NCBI GenBank assembly: GCA_965248265.1
Contig: CBDFJF010000002.1
Location: 1,344,001-1,408,000 of the forward strand
Direction of reading: 5' to 3'
Length of the DNA: 64,000 nucleotides
From: Candidatus Latescibacterota bacterium
GTDB taxonomy: Bacteria > Latescibacterota > UBA2968 > UBA8231
A model generated the notes under the pieces. That model searched no databases. It was given only the letters and a program-made list of their open reading frames with translations, and was not told where the DNA came from. The position numbers and the translations under genes are program-made. Position 1 is the stretch's first letter. Each line of letters begins with the position of its first letter. Shown piece after piece: positions 53,044 to 63,938 of this stretch.

Positions 53044-53640
53044 GTCTATCCTACCTGAGGACACCGCCATTCTTTTGACGAGCTGGGGCCAGGTGAAGGA
53101 AACCCCCGGCGGGAGCGACTGAGCCTCCGCGAACGTGGTGGACAGCTAAACGTCCCTGCGGACTGATCATATGTGTTACCCCTGTCAACTGATACACCGC
53201 ACAACCCTCAGCAACCTGCCGCGCTCATGCGCCGCTACCACCACACTCATAATCCCAACTCTGAACAAAGCACCCTTCTCAACGAAATCGTGAGTCATCT
53301 TTCGATCACCGTCTTTCTTTTTTGAGATGGTCCAGCACAGTCGTGGGAGATGATAGTCTACAGCAGGAGCATCGTCGAAGCGATTCGGGATGACTGTCAG
53401 TATCAGTTGACGCTGTTAGATCCGGTTCCAGCGTCGTTTGTCGAACTGCGCTCTTGGCCTGACGCTGCAGAGAGGTGTTGCGCTCAAGGGCCAGTTCCCT
53501 GGCCGCGTCCAGCGAAAAAAGGAAATGGATCGTCAGCCACAGCGGGCGCCGGGCCGAGATGCTACTTCGTGTCACACGCGCTTTTTTGCCAGAAACCTGC
53601 CGTCGCAGGACGATGGCGCCTGGCGGTGCCTATCCGTACA

Positions 53641-54327
53641 ATGCCGGTCATGTTTGCGATCTTCGGGAGACTGCTACATCAAGCCAGACAAAAGCGGTGG
53701 GCAAACCTGCTGGTGGTAACTCTGCGCATCGGCCTCGCCTTTGCCTTTGTGCCGGCGGGGCTGAAGAAGGTGATATATCAGCCCTTTACCGATCCGCAGA
53801 ACACGGGTCTCTTTCATGAATTTCTGCACGCCTTCTACGCCACGGGCGCCTTCTACTCGTTCGTTGGAGTCATGCAACTCCTGGCGGCCCTGCTGCTCCT
53901 GTCTCAGCGTTTTGCCCTGGTGGGGGCGCTCATCCTTCTGCCCATTGTTTCGACCATTCTCGTGTTTTGCTGGAGTACGCAGGTCTACCCCACGGCGACG
54001 GTTGTGTCGTTCATGTTTGCCGCCACATCGGGCCTTGTCCTGTGGGACTTGCAGAAATGGCGCACTGTTTTCTTCCAGGATCAGCGGGGTGGTGAAATTC
54101 GGATGGAGCCCTCCTCTGCCTCCGTTGACCTGAATCTGTGGACTGGGTGCGGAGTCCTGGTCACGTCGCTGTACCTGCTGGTCTGTGCCCTGACGGGTGG
54201 CGTCTACCGCCCTATGGGTGCCGAGTTCGATCGCCCTGCTTTTTACGTCTTCCCCCTGATGCTCCTGATCTTCGCCGCGACCTTCATCGTCGATCAAATC
54301 CGATACCGGCGGTCGATCCGGGGCTGA
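53641..54327 (+). CDS. DoxX-family membrane protein
   Basis: LRIGLAFAFVPAGLKK, FYSFVGVMQLLAALLLL, GALILLPI; start chosen at the first convincing ATG. Confidence 0.75.
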   Translation: MPVMFAIFGRLLHQARQKRWANLLVVTLRIGLAFAFVPAGLKKVIYQPFTDPQNTGLFHEFLHAFYATGAFYSFVGVMQLLAALLLLSQRFALVGALILLPIVSTILVFCWSTQVYPTATVVSFMFAATSGLVLWDLQKWRTVFFQDQRGGEIRMEPSSASVDLNLWTGCGVLVTSLYLLVCALTGGVYRPMGAEFDRPAFYVFPLMLLIFAATFIVDQIRYRRSIRG

Positions 54328-54459
54328 GTTCTCAAGTGACAGGACTTCCCCGCTCGAGCGATGGGGACGATCATCTGCCAGCTGTTTTTCCGGCTTGACG
54401 CAGATACGTTTTGGCGATATTGCCGCGCTGGGAGAAATCCGGCGTTAGCAATGCAACAA

Positions 54460-54584
54460 CGCCGTTCATCATCACCGGACCTCAAATCGATGAGCTGGAC
54501 CAGATCATCGACGAGGGACTGGCCGAGCTTCAGGAGGAACTATCCGGTCTGTGAATCGGCGACACCCTGTCGATGGCCGGCACA
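54460..54584 (+). repeat. Direct repeat A, copy 2 (orphan aminotransferase C-terminus)
   Basis: Encodes PFIITGPQIDELDQIIDEGLAELQEELSGL*, with no upstream gene body. Confidence 0.9.
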
Positions 54585-54593
54585 CTGGGTGGG

Positions 54594-55139
54594 TCAAGCC
54601 GATTGCGGTTCGCGGGCGAACGTAGACTGGTAAGAGGCAAGCGCCGCTCCACCGAGCCGTTCACCCATGGTCCGGAGCTCTTCGCGCCGGTACTCCCACG
54701 TGCCAGACCGCTCGACCTGCTCCAAATGGTCACACAGGTGTAGTCGCATCAGGTCCTCGAATTCCTGGTTGGACAGGTCCAGGGTTTCGCCCGACAGCCG
54801 GTCTACGATCGCGTAGCGGTCCTGGTGTTTGTCGACCAGGGCAAAAAACGAGGCGCGATCCATGGCACAGTTGGCATAGGCGATCAGCTCTGCCCGGGGC
54901 CCGATCAGCGTGCGCAGTTCCTCGCGCCGATCCAGCGGGAGGGTGAAAGCCTGAAACCCTTCGGTACCGTAGATCGAATGGAACACGGCAGCGCGGCACA
55001 TCTCCTCATCTGCTTCCCACGATTTCATGTAATTGTACACCCCGACCGCGTGGCCCAGGTAGGTCGTGCCCGAATGGGGGAGTTTGGCCACACCCAATTC
55101 GTGGATGTAGTTCGTCATCGTTTTTACCGGCAGAGTCAT
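54594..55139 (-). CDS. DUF6817-like (HD-related) protein
   Basis: PHSGTTYLGH..GV......W......CRAAVFHSIYGTEGF...R..LR.LIG.RAE; GGAGG RBS. Confidence 0.75.
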   Translation of the reverse strand: MTLPVKTMTNYIHELGVAKLPHSGTTYLGHAVGVYNYMKSWEADEEMCRAAVFHSIYGTEGFQAFTLPLDRREELRTLIGPRAELIAYANCAMDRASFFALVDKHQDRYAIVDRLSGETLDLSNQEFEDLMRLHLCDHLEQVERSGTWEYRREELRTMGERLGGAALASYQSTFAREPQSA

Positions 55140-55396
55140 CGTTGCCTCCTCGTATTCAGCAGGTCGGACAGGCCAAACGCGGTGTCCTGCCAACCCGCGA
55201 GCGGATTTGCATCACAGAGATTCGGGCTTTTCCTGGATCATTTCCAGCTCTCGACAGGGTGGAGTCTTCAGCCCATACTAACGGCGGCTCCCGCAACTAG
55301 CGCATCGACTTACGCACTTTGATCAATCTCTTTTTCTCGGACGCCGCTGGAAGATCAATGGAACAGCGTCAGCCCGCCCCACACAGGTAAGCAGCG

Positions 55397-56887
55397 ATGA
55401 ATGTGCTCCTGATTCTGGCCGACCAGTTCCGCGCCGATTGTCTGCATCATGCCGGCAACGAAGTGATTCAGACTCCCAATCTGGACCGGCTTGCCTCTGA
55501 GGGAGTCTCGTTCACCCACTGCTTCAACCAGACAGCCCCGTGCGGTCCCAGCCGCATGTGCATCTATACCAGCCGGTACCTGTGCTCGACGCGGGTCGTC
55601 CACAACGGGACCCCGCTGCTGGACGCTGAGGACAACGTCGCGTTCATGCTCAAGGAAGCCGGCTACGACCCGGGGTTGATCGGCTACAACAGCTACACCA
55701 TCGATCCGGCCCGCCTGCCCGAGGGAGATATCCGCCGCAACAGCCTGGACTACCACAACAGCCTGCCCGGGTTCGAATGGATATTGAATCACGAAAAGGA
55801 CAGCGACGAGTACTTCCAATGGCTGGGCGACGGGAAAGGGTACCCTCCTCAGCTGCTGAACCACGACGCCATTCACGAACCGGCAGTGCCCGAGGAGGGG
55901 CCGGGCGAGCATCTGCCGCAGCATTTCCCGGCTCGATACCGCAAAGAGCACAGCGAATGCCGCTACGTAACCGAGCGGGCCGTCGATTATGTGCGCGAGC
56001 GCAAACCGTCCTCGCCCGTGGACAAAGGCTGGGTGTTGAGTCTCAACTACAACAAACCGCACCCGCCCAATATCTGCTGCGAGCCGTATTGCGACATGTA
56101 CGACCCGGCCCACATGCCGCCGGCGGCGCGATCAGAAGAAGAGCTGACTCCGGCCCATCCGTACCTGCGGAAGCTGGCGCATAAGGCTCTGACGGACGAG
56201 TTGCATCTACAAGAGTACCGCGCCTGCTACTACGGCATGATCACCGAAGTGGACGACAACCTGGGACTGCTGTTCGATGCAATCGATGAGAGCGGGCAGT
56301 GGGACGACACCTTGATCATCTTCTCCTCCGATCACGGCGAGCATCTGGGTGATCACTACATAATGTCAAAGGGCCAGTTTCACGACGGCGGCATGCGCAT
56401 TCCCTACATCATCAAGGATCCGTCTCCCGAAGCCGATGCCACCCGCGGTCAGATCATGCCCCACTTCATCGAGTCCATCGATTCCGCCCCAACGATGATG
56501 GAGGCTCTGGGTCAGCCGATCCCCGATCGCTTTCAAGGGCGCAGTCTCCTCGGGCTCTTGCGCGACGACGCGGAGTACGAACCGCGCGAAGAGATACACT
56601 ACGAGTTCGACTACCGCGGCCGCCGGTGGGCGGGAGAGAATCCGGATCCGGATGTCCATGTTCTCTGGGTGGTGCGGGACCGGGAGTTCAAATACATCTA
56701 CTTCGCCGACGAGGAGATGCCGCCTATTCTCTTCGATTTGACAACCGACCCAGACGAGCTGACGAATGTGGCCGGACGGCTGGAGTACGCCGCCGCCGAG
56801 TTGCGCTACAGCCACAAGCTGCTGCGCTGGCGCATGAAGAACGAAGATCAACGCATGGAGCGCTGGGCCCAGCCACTGCGCGACTAG
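55397..56887 (+). CDS. Formylglycine-dependent sulfatase-like hydrolase (phosphonate monoester hydrolase-like)
   Basis: NVLLILADQ, TPNLDRLA, CGPSR, KPHPP, FSSDHGE.LGDH, LFDL..DPDE. Confidence 0.9.
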   Translation: MNVLLILADQFRADCLHHAGNEVIQTPNLDRLASEGVSFTHCFNQTAPCGPSRMCIYTSRYLCSTRVVHNGTPLLDAEDNVAFMLKEAGYDPGLIGYNSYTIDPARLPEGDIRRNSLDYHNSLPGFEWILNHEKDSDEYFQWLGDGKGYPPQLLNHDAIHEPAVPEEGPGEHLPQHFPARYRKEHSECRYVTERAVDYVRERKPSSPVDKGWVLSLNYNKPHPPNICCEPYCDMYDPAHMPPAARSEEELTPAHPYLRKLAHKALTDELHLQEYRACYYGMITEVDDNLGLLFDAIDESGQWDDTLIIFSSDHGEHLGDHYIMSKGQFHDGGMRIPYIIKDPSPEADATRGQIMPHFIESIDSAPTMMEALGQPIPDRFQGRSLLGLLRDDAEYEPREEIHYEFDYRGRRWAGENPDPDVHVLWVVRDREFKYIYFADEEMPPILFDLTTDPDELTNVAGRLEYAAAELRYSHKLLRWRMKNEDQRMERWAQPLRD

Positions 56888-56945
56888 AGTCCGTGTGCGC
56901 ACCGGCTCGTCCGATGCGATTTAAATACAAATAGAGGGACAAGCG

Positions 56946-58463
56946 ATGGCGATGTTAGAGATTGGATCCAGCAAGCAGCTGTTCTTCGACGACTACCTGA
57001 TTGAGAGCCTGACGCACGCCACCCGGGGGTTGAACCAGGCAATCAAAGTGGATGAACCCATCCTGCAGCAGGAGCGGCCATGGGAGGGAAACTGCATGCG
57101 GCCGCAGAAGGTGATCTTCGATCCCCACGACCAGCTGTTCAAGATGTGGTACTCCACAGTGACCACCTCGGTGATGGTCAAGGACGGCAAACCTGTGCGG
57201 GGCGGCTTTGACGGTTACCTGTGGGATTCATCCGGGTCGGCCACGTGTCTGGCAACATCCAAGGATGGCGTGAACTGGGAGCGGCCGTCACTGGGATTGA
57301 CCGAGTTCGACGGATCGACGGACAACAACATTCTTCCGGAGCGGGAAAACCTGCCCAATGTACCGTCGTTTCAGGATCTCCACGAGAAGGATCCCGCCAA
57401 ACTCTACAAGGCGATGACACTGACCGGCGGTACGCAAACGCGGGGTTTGCAGTACGACCTGTTCTACTCTCCCGACGGCCTGGCCTGGACCCCGTACGAA
57501 GGCAATCCCGTCATTGATACAGGGCAGGAGCTTGGACGCTGGGCGGGCAGATTCTTCCCCTGGGACCCGATTCGGGAGACTTACTTCGTGACGATGGAGG
57601 CCAGTCACCACTGGCGGGGTCCCTACGGCAAGCGTCTTGTCGGCAGGGCGGAAAGCCCGGACATGATTCACTGGAGCGAGCCCGAGATTCTTCTGGTTCC
57701 GGATGATAAGGACGCCGCGGACACGGAGTTCTACAGCTTTCCCATATATCCCTACGAGGGGATCTACGTCGGGTTGTTGTGGATTTTCCGCACCACGAAT
57801 GTTACCCATCATCCCGAGGTCGCGTTCAGCCGCGACGGTTTTCACTTCCAGCGCAATTTCAGGGAGCCGTACATCCCGCGGGGGGGCGCCCTGGGGGAGT
57901 TCGACTCGAGCAGCGTCTATACCATGGACACGATCGTCCACGGGGACCGCATCATGACCTACTACATCGGCACCAACAGGCGCTCACCTGAAGTCGGTTT
58001 CGCCCTGGGCGACAAGGCCAGGGAAGGCGTCGGTCTGGCCATCTCGCGCCTCGACGGTTTCGTTTCCCTGGACAGCGGCAAGGGCTGGATCGTCGCCGAT
58101 CGATCGGAAGAGGAACTGGAAAAGACCTCGGGAGAGCGGGTTCTGTTCGACGAACCTGAATCGTTCGGCCAGATGGTGACGCGACCCTTCGGGTTCTCAG
58201 GGTCGAGTCTTCACGTGAATGCGAGTATGGCGCCGCTCGCTGCCGGACCCGGCCCCGGTGAGGTGCGGGTTGAGATCGTGCGGTCGAACCACAAGAAGTT
58301 GCCGGGATTCAACTTCAACGATGCCGACCCGATAACGGAAGGCAGCACCGACCACGTCCTATCGTGGAACGGCAACACCGATCTGAGTGCGCTTGCCGGC
58401 CAGCCGATCAAGCTGCGCTTCTACTTCAAGAATGCCAAGCTCTACTCCTTCCAGTTCAAGTAG
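56946..58463 (+). CDS. Uncharacterised GH-like beta-propeller protein, paralog 4 (more distant)
   Basis: KQLFFDDYLIE, FKMWY, ATSKDGVNWERP.LG, FSRDG, RLDGFVSL, KLRFYFKNAKLYSFQF. Confidence 0.7.
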   Translation: MAMLEIGSSKQLFFDDYLIESLTHATRGLNQAIKVDEPILQQERPWEGNCMRPQKVIFDPHDQLFKMWYSTVTTSVMVKDGKPVRGGFDGYLWDSSGSATCLATSKDGVNWERPSLGLTEFDGSTDNNILPERENLPNVPSFQDLHEKDPAKLYKAMTLTGGTQTRGLQYDLFYSPDGLAWTPYEGNPVIDTGQELGRWAGRFFPWDPIRETYFVTMEASHHWRGPYGKRLVGRAESPDMIHWSEPEILLVPDDKDAADTEFYSFPIYPYEGIYVGLLWIFRTTNVTHHPEVAFSRDGFHFQRNFREPYIPRGGALGEFDSSSVYTMDTIVHGDRIMTYYIGTNRRSPEVGFALGDKAREGVGLAISRLDGFVSLDSGKGWIVADRSEEELEKTSGERVLFDEPESFGQMVTRPFGFSGSSLHVNASMAPLAAGPGPGEVRVEIVRSNHKKLPGFNFNDADPITEGSTDHVLSWNGNTDLSALAGQPIKLRFYFKNAKLYSFQFK

Positions 58464-58508
58464 CCGGGGGGAATGAACGAGGCTGATGCCCGCGGCGGAG
58501 TCGCCGGG

Positions 58509-59342
58509 CTACGAGATATGTCCTCTGTAATCGGCCAGCAGCGCCGCGGCGCCGGCGCGAATCAACCCGATCTCCGACTCGGTCTCGAAAAAACAGGCGC
58601 CCTTGCGGACCCATTCGCCGGCCGCCTCGCCGTCTGACGGCGTGGTTCCGAAGGCGATTCCGTACTTCTTGCACAATTCAAGTACGTCTTCCATCGGTCC
58701 GCGCACCTCCGGGTGATTGTAGTCGCCAGGGTGTCCCAGTTCGATCGACGAATCACCCGGCCCCACATAGCACATATCGATGCCAGGCAGGCTCAGGATA
58801 TCCTCCGCGTTCTTGTACGCCAGCGCGGTCTCGAAGTGGACGACGACGACGGTCTCCTCATCCTGTTCGTCCATCCAGCGTTGCCAGTCCGTGACGCCAC
58901 GGTAGTCGCTGTTGCCCCATCCCGGCGCCACCGCACGGGTTCCTCCCGGCGGAAATTTCAGGTAGCTCAGCAAGGTCTCGACCTGGTCGCGCGTCTCCGC
59001 CCTGGGCAACTGGATGCCCACGACGCCAGCCTCCAACAGCTTCGCCACCTCCTGCCGATCCAATTGCGGGGTTTTGGCGATCACGGGGAGTCCGTTGTCG
59101 CGGGCTGATTGTACGGTATCGACCAGATCTTCCGGGTCGAAAGAGGTGTGTTCGTATTCGATGTAGACGAAGTCGTACCCGGCATGCTGAAACAGTTTGA
59201 TCAGTGCTGGCCTGGCGAATTGCTGTAACATGGGGCCGATCAGGACGTCCCGTTTGAGTCTTGCCTTGAGGTGCCGTCCGGGTCCCCCCTCCGGGTACCA
59301 GGGGTTGTCGATGCCAACGCTGGATATGGATTGCTGTGCCAT
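58509..59342 (-). CDS. HpcH/HpaI aldolase/citrate lyase family protein
   Basis: GYDFVYIEYEH, GIQLP, KFPPGGTR, FET, YVGPGD. Confidence 0.9.
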   Translation of the reverse strand: MAQQSISSVGIDNPWYPEGGPGRHLKARLKRDVLIGPMLQQFARPALIKLFQHAGYDFVYIEYEHTSFDPEDLVDTVQSARDNGLPVIAKTPQLDRQEVAKLLEAGVVGIQLPRAETRDQVETLLSYLKFPPGGTRAVAPGWGNSDYRGVTDWQRWMDEQDEETVVVVHFETALAYKNAEDILSLPGIDMCYVGPGDSSIELGHPGDYNHPEVRGPMEDVLELCKKYGIAFGTTPSDGEAAGEWVRKGACFFETESEIGLIRAGAAALLADYRGHIS

Positions 59343-59367
59343 GGTTCCTCCGCTGGGCCGCAGTTGT

Positions 59368-59924
59368 TCAGATATATCCGGGAGAGCTGAGGATCTCGAT
59401 CTGGTCACTGAGGCGTTCGAGCACGTGATCGGGATAGATGGACATGCGCTGGTCGGGCAGGTTGTTGCGCCCGATGGCCGGCATGTAGTTGAAGAACACG
59501 GAGCGGCGGACTGAGTCGTCCGTCACCGGGTAAGCATTGTGGGTCATACCTTCAGAGAAGATGACGACATCGCCGGGCGCCGCGAACATCGGCACGCACA
59601 TCGGATTCTTGCTGGCATCGCTCATATCGAACGGGCAGGCAAAATTGGCCCTGTGGCTGCCGGGAATCGCTGCGAACGGTCCGCTTTCGATGTAGGTCAT
59701 GTCGGAAAGGATGACGACGCTCTTGGTGCTGCAGCAGGCAAAACGCTGATTGGTGTGGTCGTAGGCGTAATAAATGTCCCGGTCAATGGGGTAGCCACCG
59801 TTGTGGAGCCTGCCACCGATGGCGGGTCGTAATGTCCTTTGAGAACAAAGTAGCCCCGGAGATCGAGTTCATATTTCTGTTCGGGGGTGACCTCAAATTC
59901 TGTGCTGGTTTCGATGGATGTCAT
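59368..59924 (-). pseudogene. PhyH-family gene with an internal deletion and frameshift at about 59822
   Basis: EQKYELDLRGYFVL N-terminus is joined out of frame to IGGRLHNGG...VILSD...AIPGSH...PGDVVIF....H. Confidence 0.75.
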
Positions 59925-60178
59925 GATTCTGCTCGGTTGGGTGAAAAGCCTTCGGACGGTCAGGGCAACGACGTCATAGGTGGAGTGTCGAAGGAAGTAA
60001 ATTCACTAAGCACAGTCAACGAAACACCGGAAAACCAGGATGACTCTCTCTCGACAGAGCCCGATGCTCGCCCGATACTAACGCGTCTGTGCAGACGTGT
60101 AAGCGGTCTCGGGAACCTACCGCGAAGGTTTTCGCTTTCAGCATACGCAATCTACAAGAAAGGAAGGGTTGAGCGTTG

Positions 60179-61009
60179 ATGTCTGTGACGATTACAAGGC
60201 AAGAACGTGCATCCGGGTGTCTGACCAGTACTAGTGTCAACCAAGCGGTGGAGGCGATCCGGCGTGACGGGTTCGTCGTAATTGAGAATGCGGTGTCCGA
60301 TGAGCCGCTCGACATGCTCAGGGAAAAAATGGATGAAGACTCGCAGGTCATGATCGACCTGGAGTGGTGGGGTGGAGCAGGGCGTCTCAAAGGACATCTA
60401 CAACAGGCGCCACCACCATTCAACCCCTTTGTTTTTTCCGAGATCGTGGCCAATCCGTTCGCCATTCAAGTCAACATTGCACTCCTCGGCAGTGGTATCT
60501 CCAACGCTTTCTGTACCGGGAATACCAACTGTCCCGGCAGTGAGACTCAGATGCTACATCGCGACGGTGCGCCGCTGTGGCCGGGCCATGAGCCGGCCCA
60601 CCCGACCTCAAGGGTCGTCGTCAATATTTCACCCCACGATGTGACGGAAGAGAACGGCGCGGTGGAATTGTGGCCGGGTACCCATCTGCATCCATTTCCG
60701 GAGAAACCGATTGGTGAAGTCCTGGAAGCGGAGCAACGGCGGGTCGCACCGCCCGTGCGAGGGTGCGCCAGGAAAGGAAGCATCGTCATCCGGGATGTTC
60801 GACTCTGGCATCGGGGTGTGCCCAATCATTCAAATCGGCCACGCCACATGATCGCGTTCCTTCACATGATCAACTGGTTCCGCAAAACTGAGCCCCAGAA
60901 GTTCAACACCGGCTGCGAAGAGGCCTTTCCGGACGATTGCGGCCTGGATCACAATGTTCAATTCACCGACGAAGCGATTGACTATCTGAATCTCAAAAGG
61001 ACGTCATGA
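60179..61009 (+). CDS. PhyH-family Fe(II)/2OG dioxygenase
   Basis: RRDGFVV, Q.LHRD, ENGAVELWPGTH, KGSIVIRD.RLWHRG.PN.S..PR.M. Confidence 0.9.
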   Translation: MSVTITRQERASGCLTSTSVNQAVEAIRRDGFVVIENAVSDEPLDMLREKMDEDSQVMIDLEWWGGAGRLKGHLQQAPPPFNPFVFSEIVANPFAIQVNIALLGSGISNAFCTGNTNCPGSETQMLHRDGAPLWPGHEPAHPTSRVVVNISPHDVTEENGAVELWPGTHLHPFPEKPIGEVLEAEQRRVAPPVRGCARKGSIVIRDVRLWHRGVPNHSNRPRHMIAFLHMINWFRKTEPQKFNTGCEEAFPDDCGLDHNVQFTDEAIDYLNLKRTS

Positions 61010-62812
61010 CATCAGTGCCAGCAGAAGGACCCCAAAGGCTGTGGTACGACAGACCCGCCGATGGCTGGCTCGAGGCCCTGCCGGTCGGCAACGGCCGTCT
61101 CGGTGCGATGGTCTTCGGGGGGGTCCCCGCCGAGCGCATGCAACTCAACGAAGACACCCTGTGGACCGGTGTGCCCGGAGGCTGGAACGAACCGCGGTCG
61201 AAGGATCTCATCCCGATGATCCGTCGTCTCGTCGACGACGAACGCTATGCAGAAGCGACCGAGCTGTGCAAGCAACTGCAGGGTCCGTTCAATCAGGCGT
61301 ACCAACCCGTCGGTGATCTCTTTGTCGAATGCGACCACGACGGCGATCTATCCGATTACTGCCGCGAGCTTGATCTGGCTACCGGCGTTGCGTCGACCGT
61401 CTACCGTGCCGGCGGACGCACCTGGCACCGTGAGGCCTTCGCCAGCTATCCCGACCAGGTTATCGTCATGCGGCTGGAATGCGACCGCCCCGGCATGGTC
61501 GGGTGCTCCCTCAGCATGTCGAGTCCTCTCAGACATCAGGTGGAATACACGCCATCCGGCAGCATCCGGCTTGTCGGGCGTTGTCCCCGTCAGGTGATCG
61601 CCCGCGGCTGGGACACCGTTTTCGTCTACGACGAGGATCAGACGGAAGACATGCGGTTCACGAGTTTGAATAAGCGCCAGCCGCTCGAGGAGCCGGTAGG
61701 TTGTATGCGGTTCGAGGCCCGTATCATGATATGCGCCGAAGGGGGCCGTGTGGCCATGTCCGATGATCGCCTCACGGTGTCGGATGCCGATGCCCTCACT
61801 CTGCTTGTTGCCGCGGACACGAGCTACAACGGACATCGAGCCCATCCCGGCAGGGAAGGCGTGGATCCATCTGAGGAGGTCGAAGCCGTGCTCGCTGCGG
61901 TAGGGGATGTGCCGTACGAACGCCTGCGCGAACGGCATACGGCTGATCATGACGAGCTGTTCGGCCGGGTGACCGTCGATCTGGGAGCGGCATCGACCTG
62001 CGACCTGCCTACCGATGAACGGATCAGCGCATTCGGCCAATCACCAGACCCGTCGCTGGTCTCTCTCCTGTTTCAATACGGTCGGTACCTGACGATCGCC
62101 GGTTCGCGTCCCGGCTCGCAGCCTTTGAACCTTCAGGGTATCTGGAACGATCAGATCGATCCCCCCTGGTGGAGCAACTGGACTATCAATATCAACACCG
62201 AGATGAATTACTGGCCGGCAGAGGTGACGAATTTGTCTGAGTGCCACACGCCTCTGTTCGATTTCATCGACGGGCTTGCCGACAACGGCGCTGAGACGGC
62301 ACAGATCAACTACGGGCTCGATGGCTGGGTCGCTCACCACCAGGTCGATCTCTGGCGCCAGAGTGCACCGGTGGGCTGCTTTTTCGGGAATTCCAACTAC
62401 GCCATGTGGCCGCTGGGCGGTGCTTGGCTCAGCCGTCATTTCTGGGAACATTTCCTGTTTACCGGTGATCGCGATTTTCTGCGTGACCGCGCCTGGCCTC
62501 CCATGAAGGGCGCTGCCGAGTTTTGCCTGGGCTGGCTGATAGAGGACGATAGCGGTTTCCTGGTGACCTCGCCGTCGACCTCGCCCGAGCACGTGTTCAG
62601 GCTTCCGGATGGCACCAGGGCTTCGGTGAGCAAGGCCTCTACCATGGACATGGCCATCATCCACGACCTGCTTGGCCATTGTATCGACACCGCCGCCATT
62701 CTCGGAATCGATGCCGAATTCGCCGAACGCTGCGCCTCGGCACGCTCACGTCTGTTCCCTCCGCCGATCGGTGAGGACGGTTCCCTGCTAGTGCTCTGTT
62801 AAGAAATCGAGC

Positions 62813-62841
62813 TTGTACTTTGTCGTAAGTCGTGGTATCAT
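62813..62841 (+). promoter_or_regulatory. Sigma70-type promoter of the IS630 transposase
   Basis: TTGTAC-17 nt-TATCAT with an extended -10 TG; AGGAGG RBS at 62864. Confidence 0.55.
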
Positions 62842-62877
62842 GGATACATATGGTGAATCCGTCAGGAGGGTGATGCT

Positions 62878-63938
62878 ATGTGTCTCCATGCTCGTTCGCC
62901 GAACGCGGCGGAGTCTAAGGAACTGGGACGGTGGCTGAAACGGCCTCGCAACGCCGTGCAGATGCGCCGTGGGCAGTTGATCTCGTTCAGCGCCCAGGGC
63001 ATGCGCGTCCAGGAGATCTCGGATACACTGCATCTGCATGAGGAGTACGTTCGCCAGTTGATCCGCCAGTACAACGAAGGGGGATTGACGGTTTTGCGCA
63101 CTCGGGCACGTCCGGGGCGTCCTTCGAAGTTGACGCCGGAGGACGAATCCGTGGTGGTGGAAATTGCCACGATGCCCCCCCGTGCATTCGGCCAGCCGTT
63201 CAACCAGTGGTCGTTGCGCAAGCTGACCGACTGCCTGGTGGGACGGCAGATGATTCCCGAGGTTTCGCATGTGACCATCGGAAAAATCCTGGATCAACAT
63301 AAGGTTACCTATCAACGGACGCGCACCTGGAAAGAATCAAAGGACCCGGAGTTTGTCTCTAAAAAAAACGCATCAACCGACTCTACAAGCGGGCGCCGAA
63401 AGACACGGTCGTAGTCTGTTTCGACGAACTGGGACCAGTCCAGATCAAGCCGCATGCCGGTGCTTCCTGGGCCCCACACAAGCGCCCGGTCCGGCATCGG
63501 GCAACCTATAGCCGCCACGGCGGCGTCAGCTATTTCTTTGGAGCCTATAACGTCCATGAGGACATCCTGTGGATGCATCACAAACCCAAGAAACATGCGT
63601 CGGTCGTACTCGATTTCCTCAAGGCCATTCGGCTCCGCTATCGCACGGCGGAGCGGATCTATGTCGTCATGGATAATCTGTCGACGCACAAGACACCGCC
63701 GATCCTGCAGTGGTGCCGACGAAACCGGGTCTCGCCGGTCTTCACCGCCACCAACGCGTCATGGATGAATCGGCTCGAATGTCACCTCACCGCAGCCCAT
63801 TATTTCGTCATTAAAAACAGCGATCCCAACGATCATCGAGAAGTCGGCCAGCGCATGCAGGAGTACCTGAGGTGGCGAAACAAGAACACGGACAACGCCA
63901 AGCTGGCCAAAGTCCAAAACTCAATGCCCACTCTTTAA
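62878..63938 (+). CDS. IS630 transposase (programmed -1 frameshift at the A8 run 63361-63368)
   Basis: OrfA HTH with RPGRP and WSLRKL; the -1 frame carries VCFDE, VMDNLSTHK, SWMNRLE (DDE). Confidence 0.92.

Noticed and set aside
52590-53180. Long intergenic region as possible riboswitch or ncRNA
   Set aside because: Only short hairpins seen and no recognisable riboswitch or tRNA consensus; would need cmscan.
53184-53411. 12-bp inverted repeat GTCAACTGATAC / GTATCAGTTGAC, possible IS remnant
   Set aside because: No target duplication or transposase motif; one such match is roughly what chance predicts in 64 kb.
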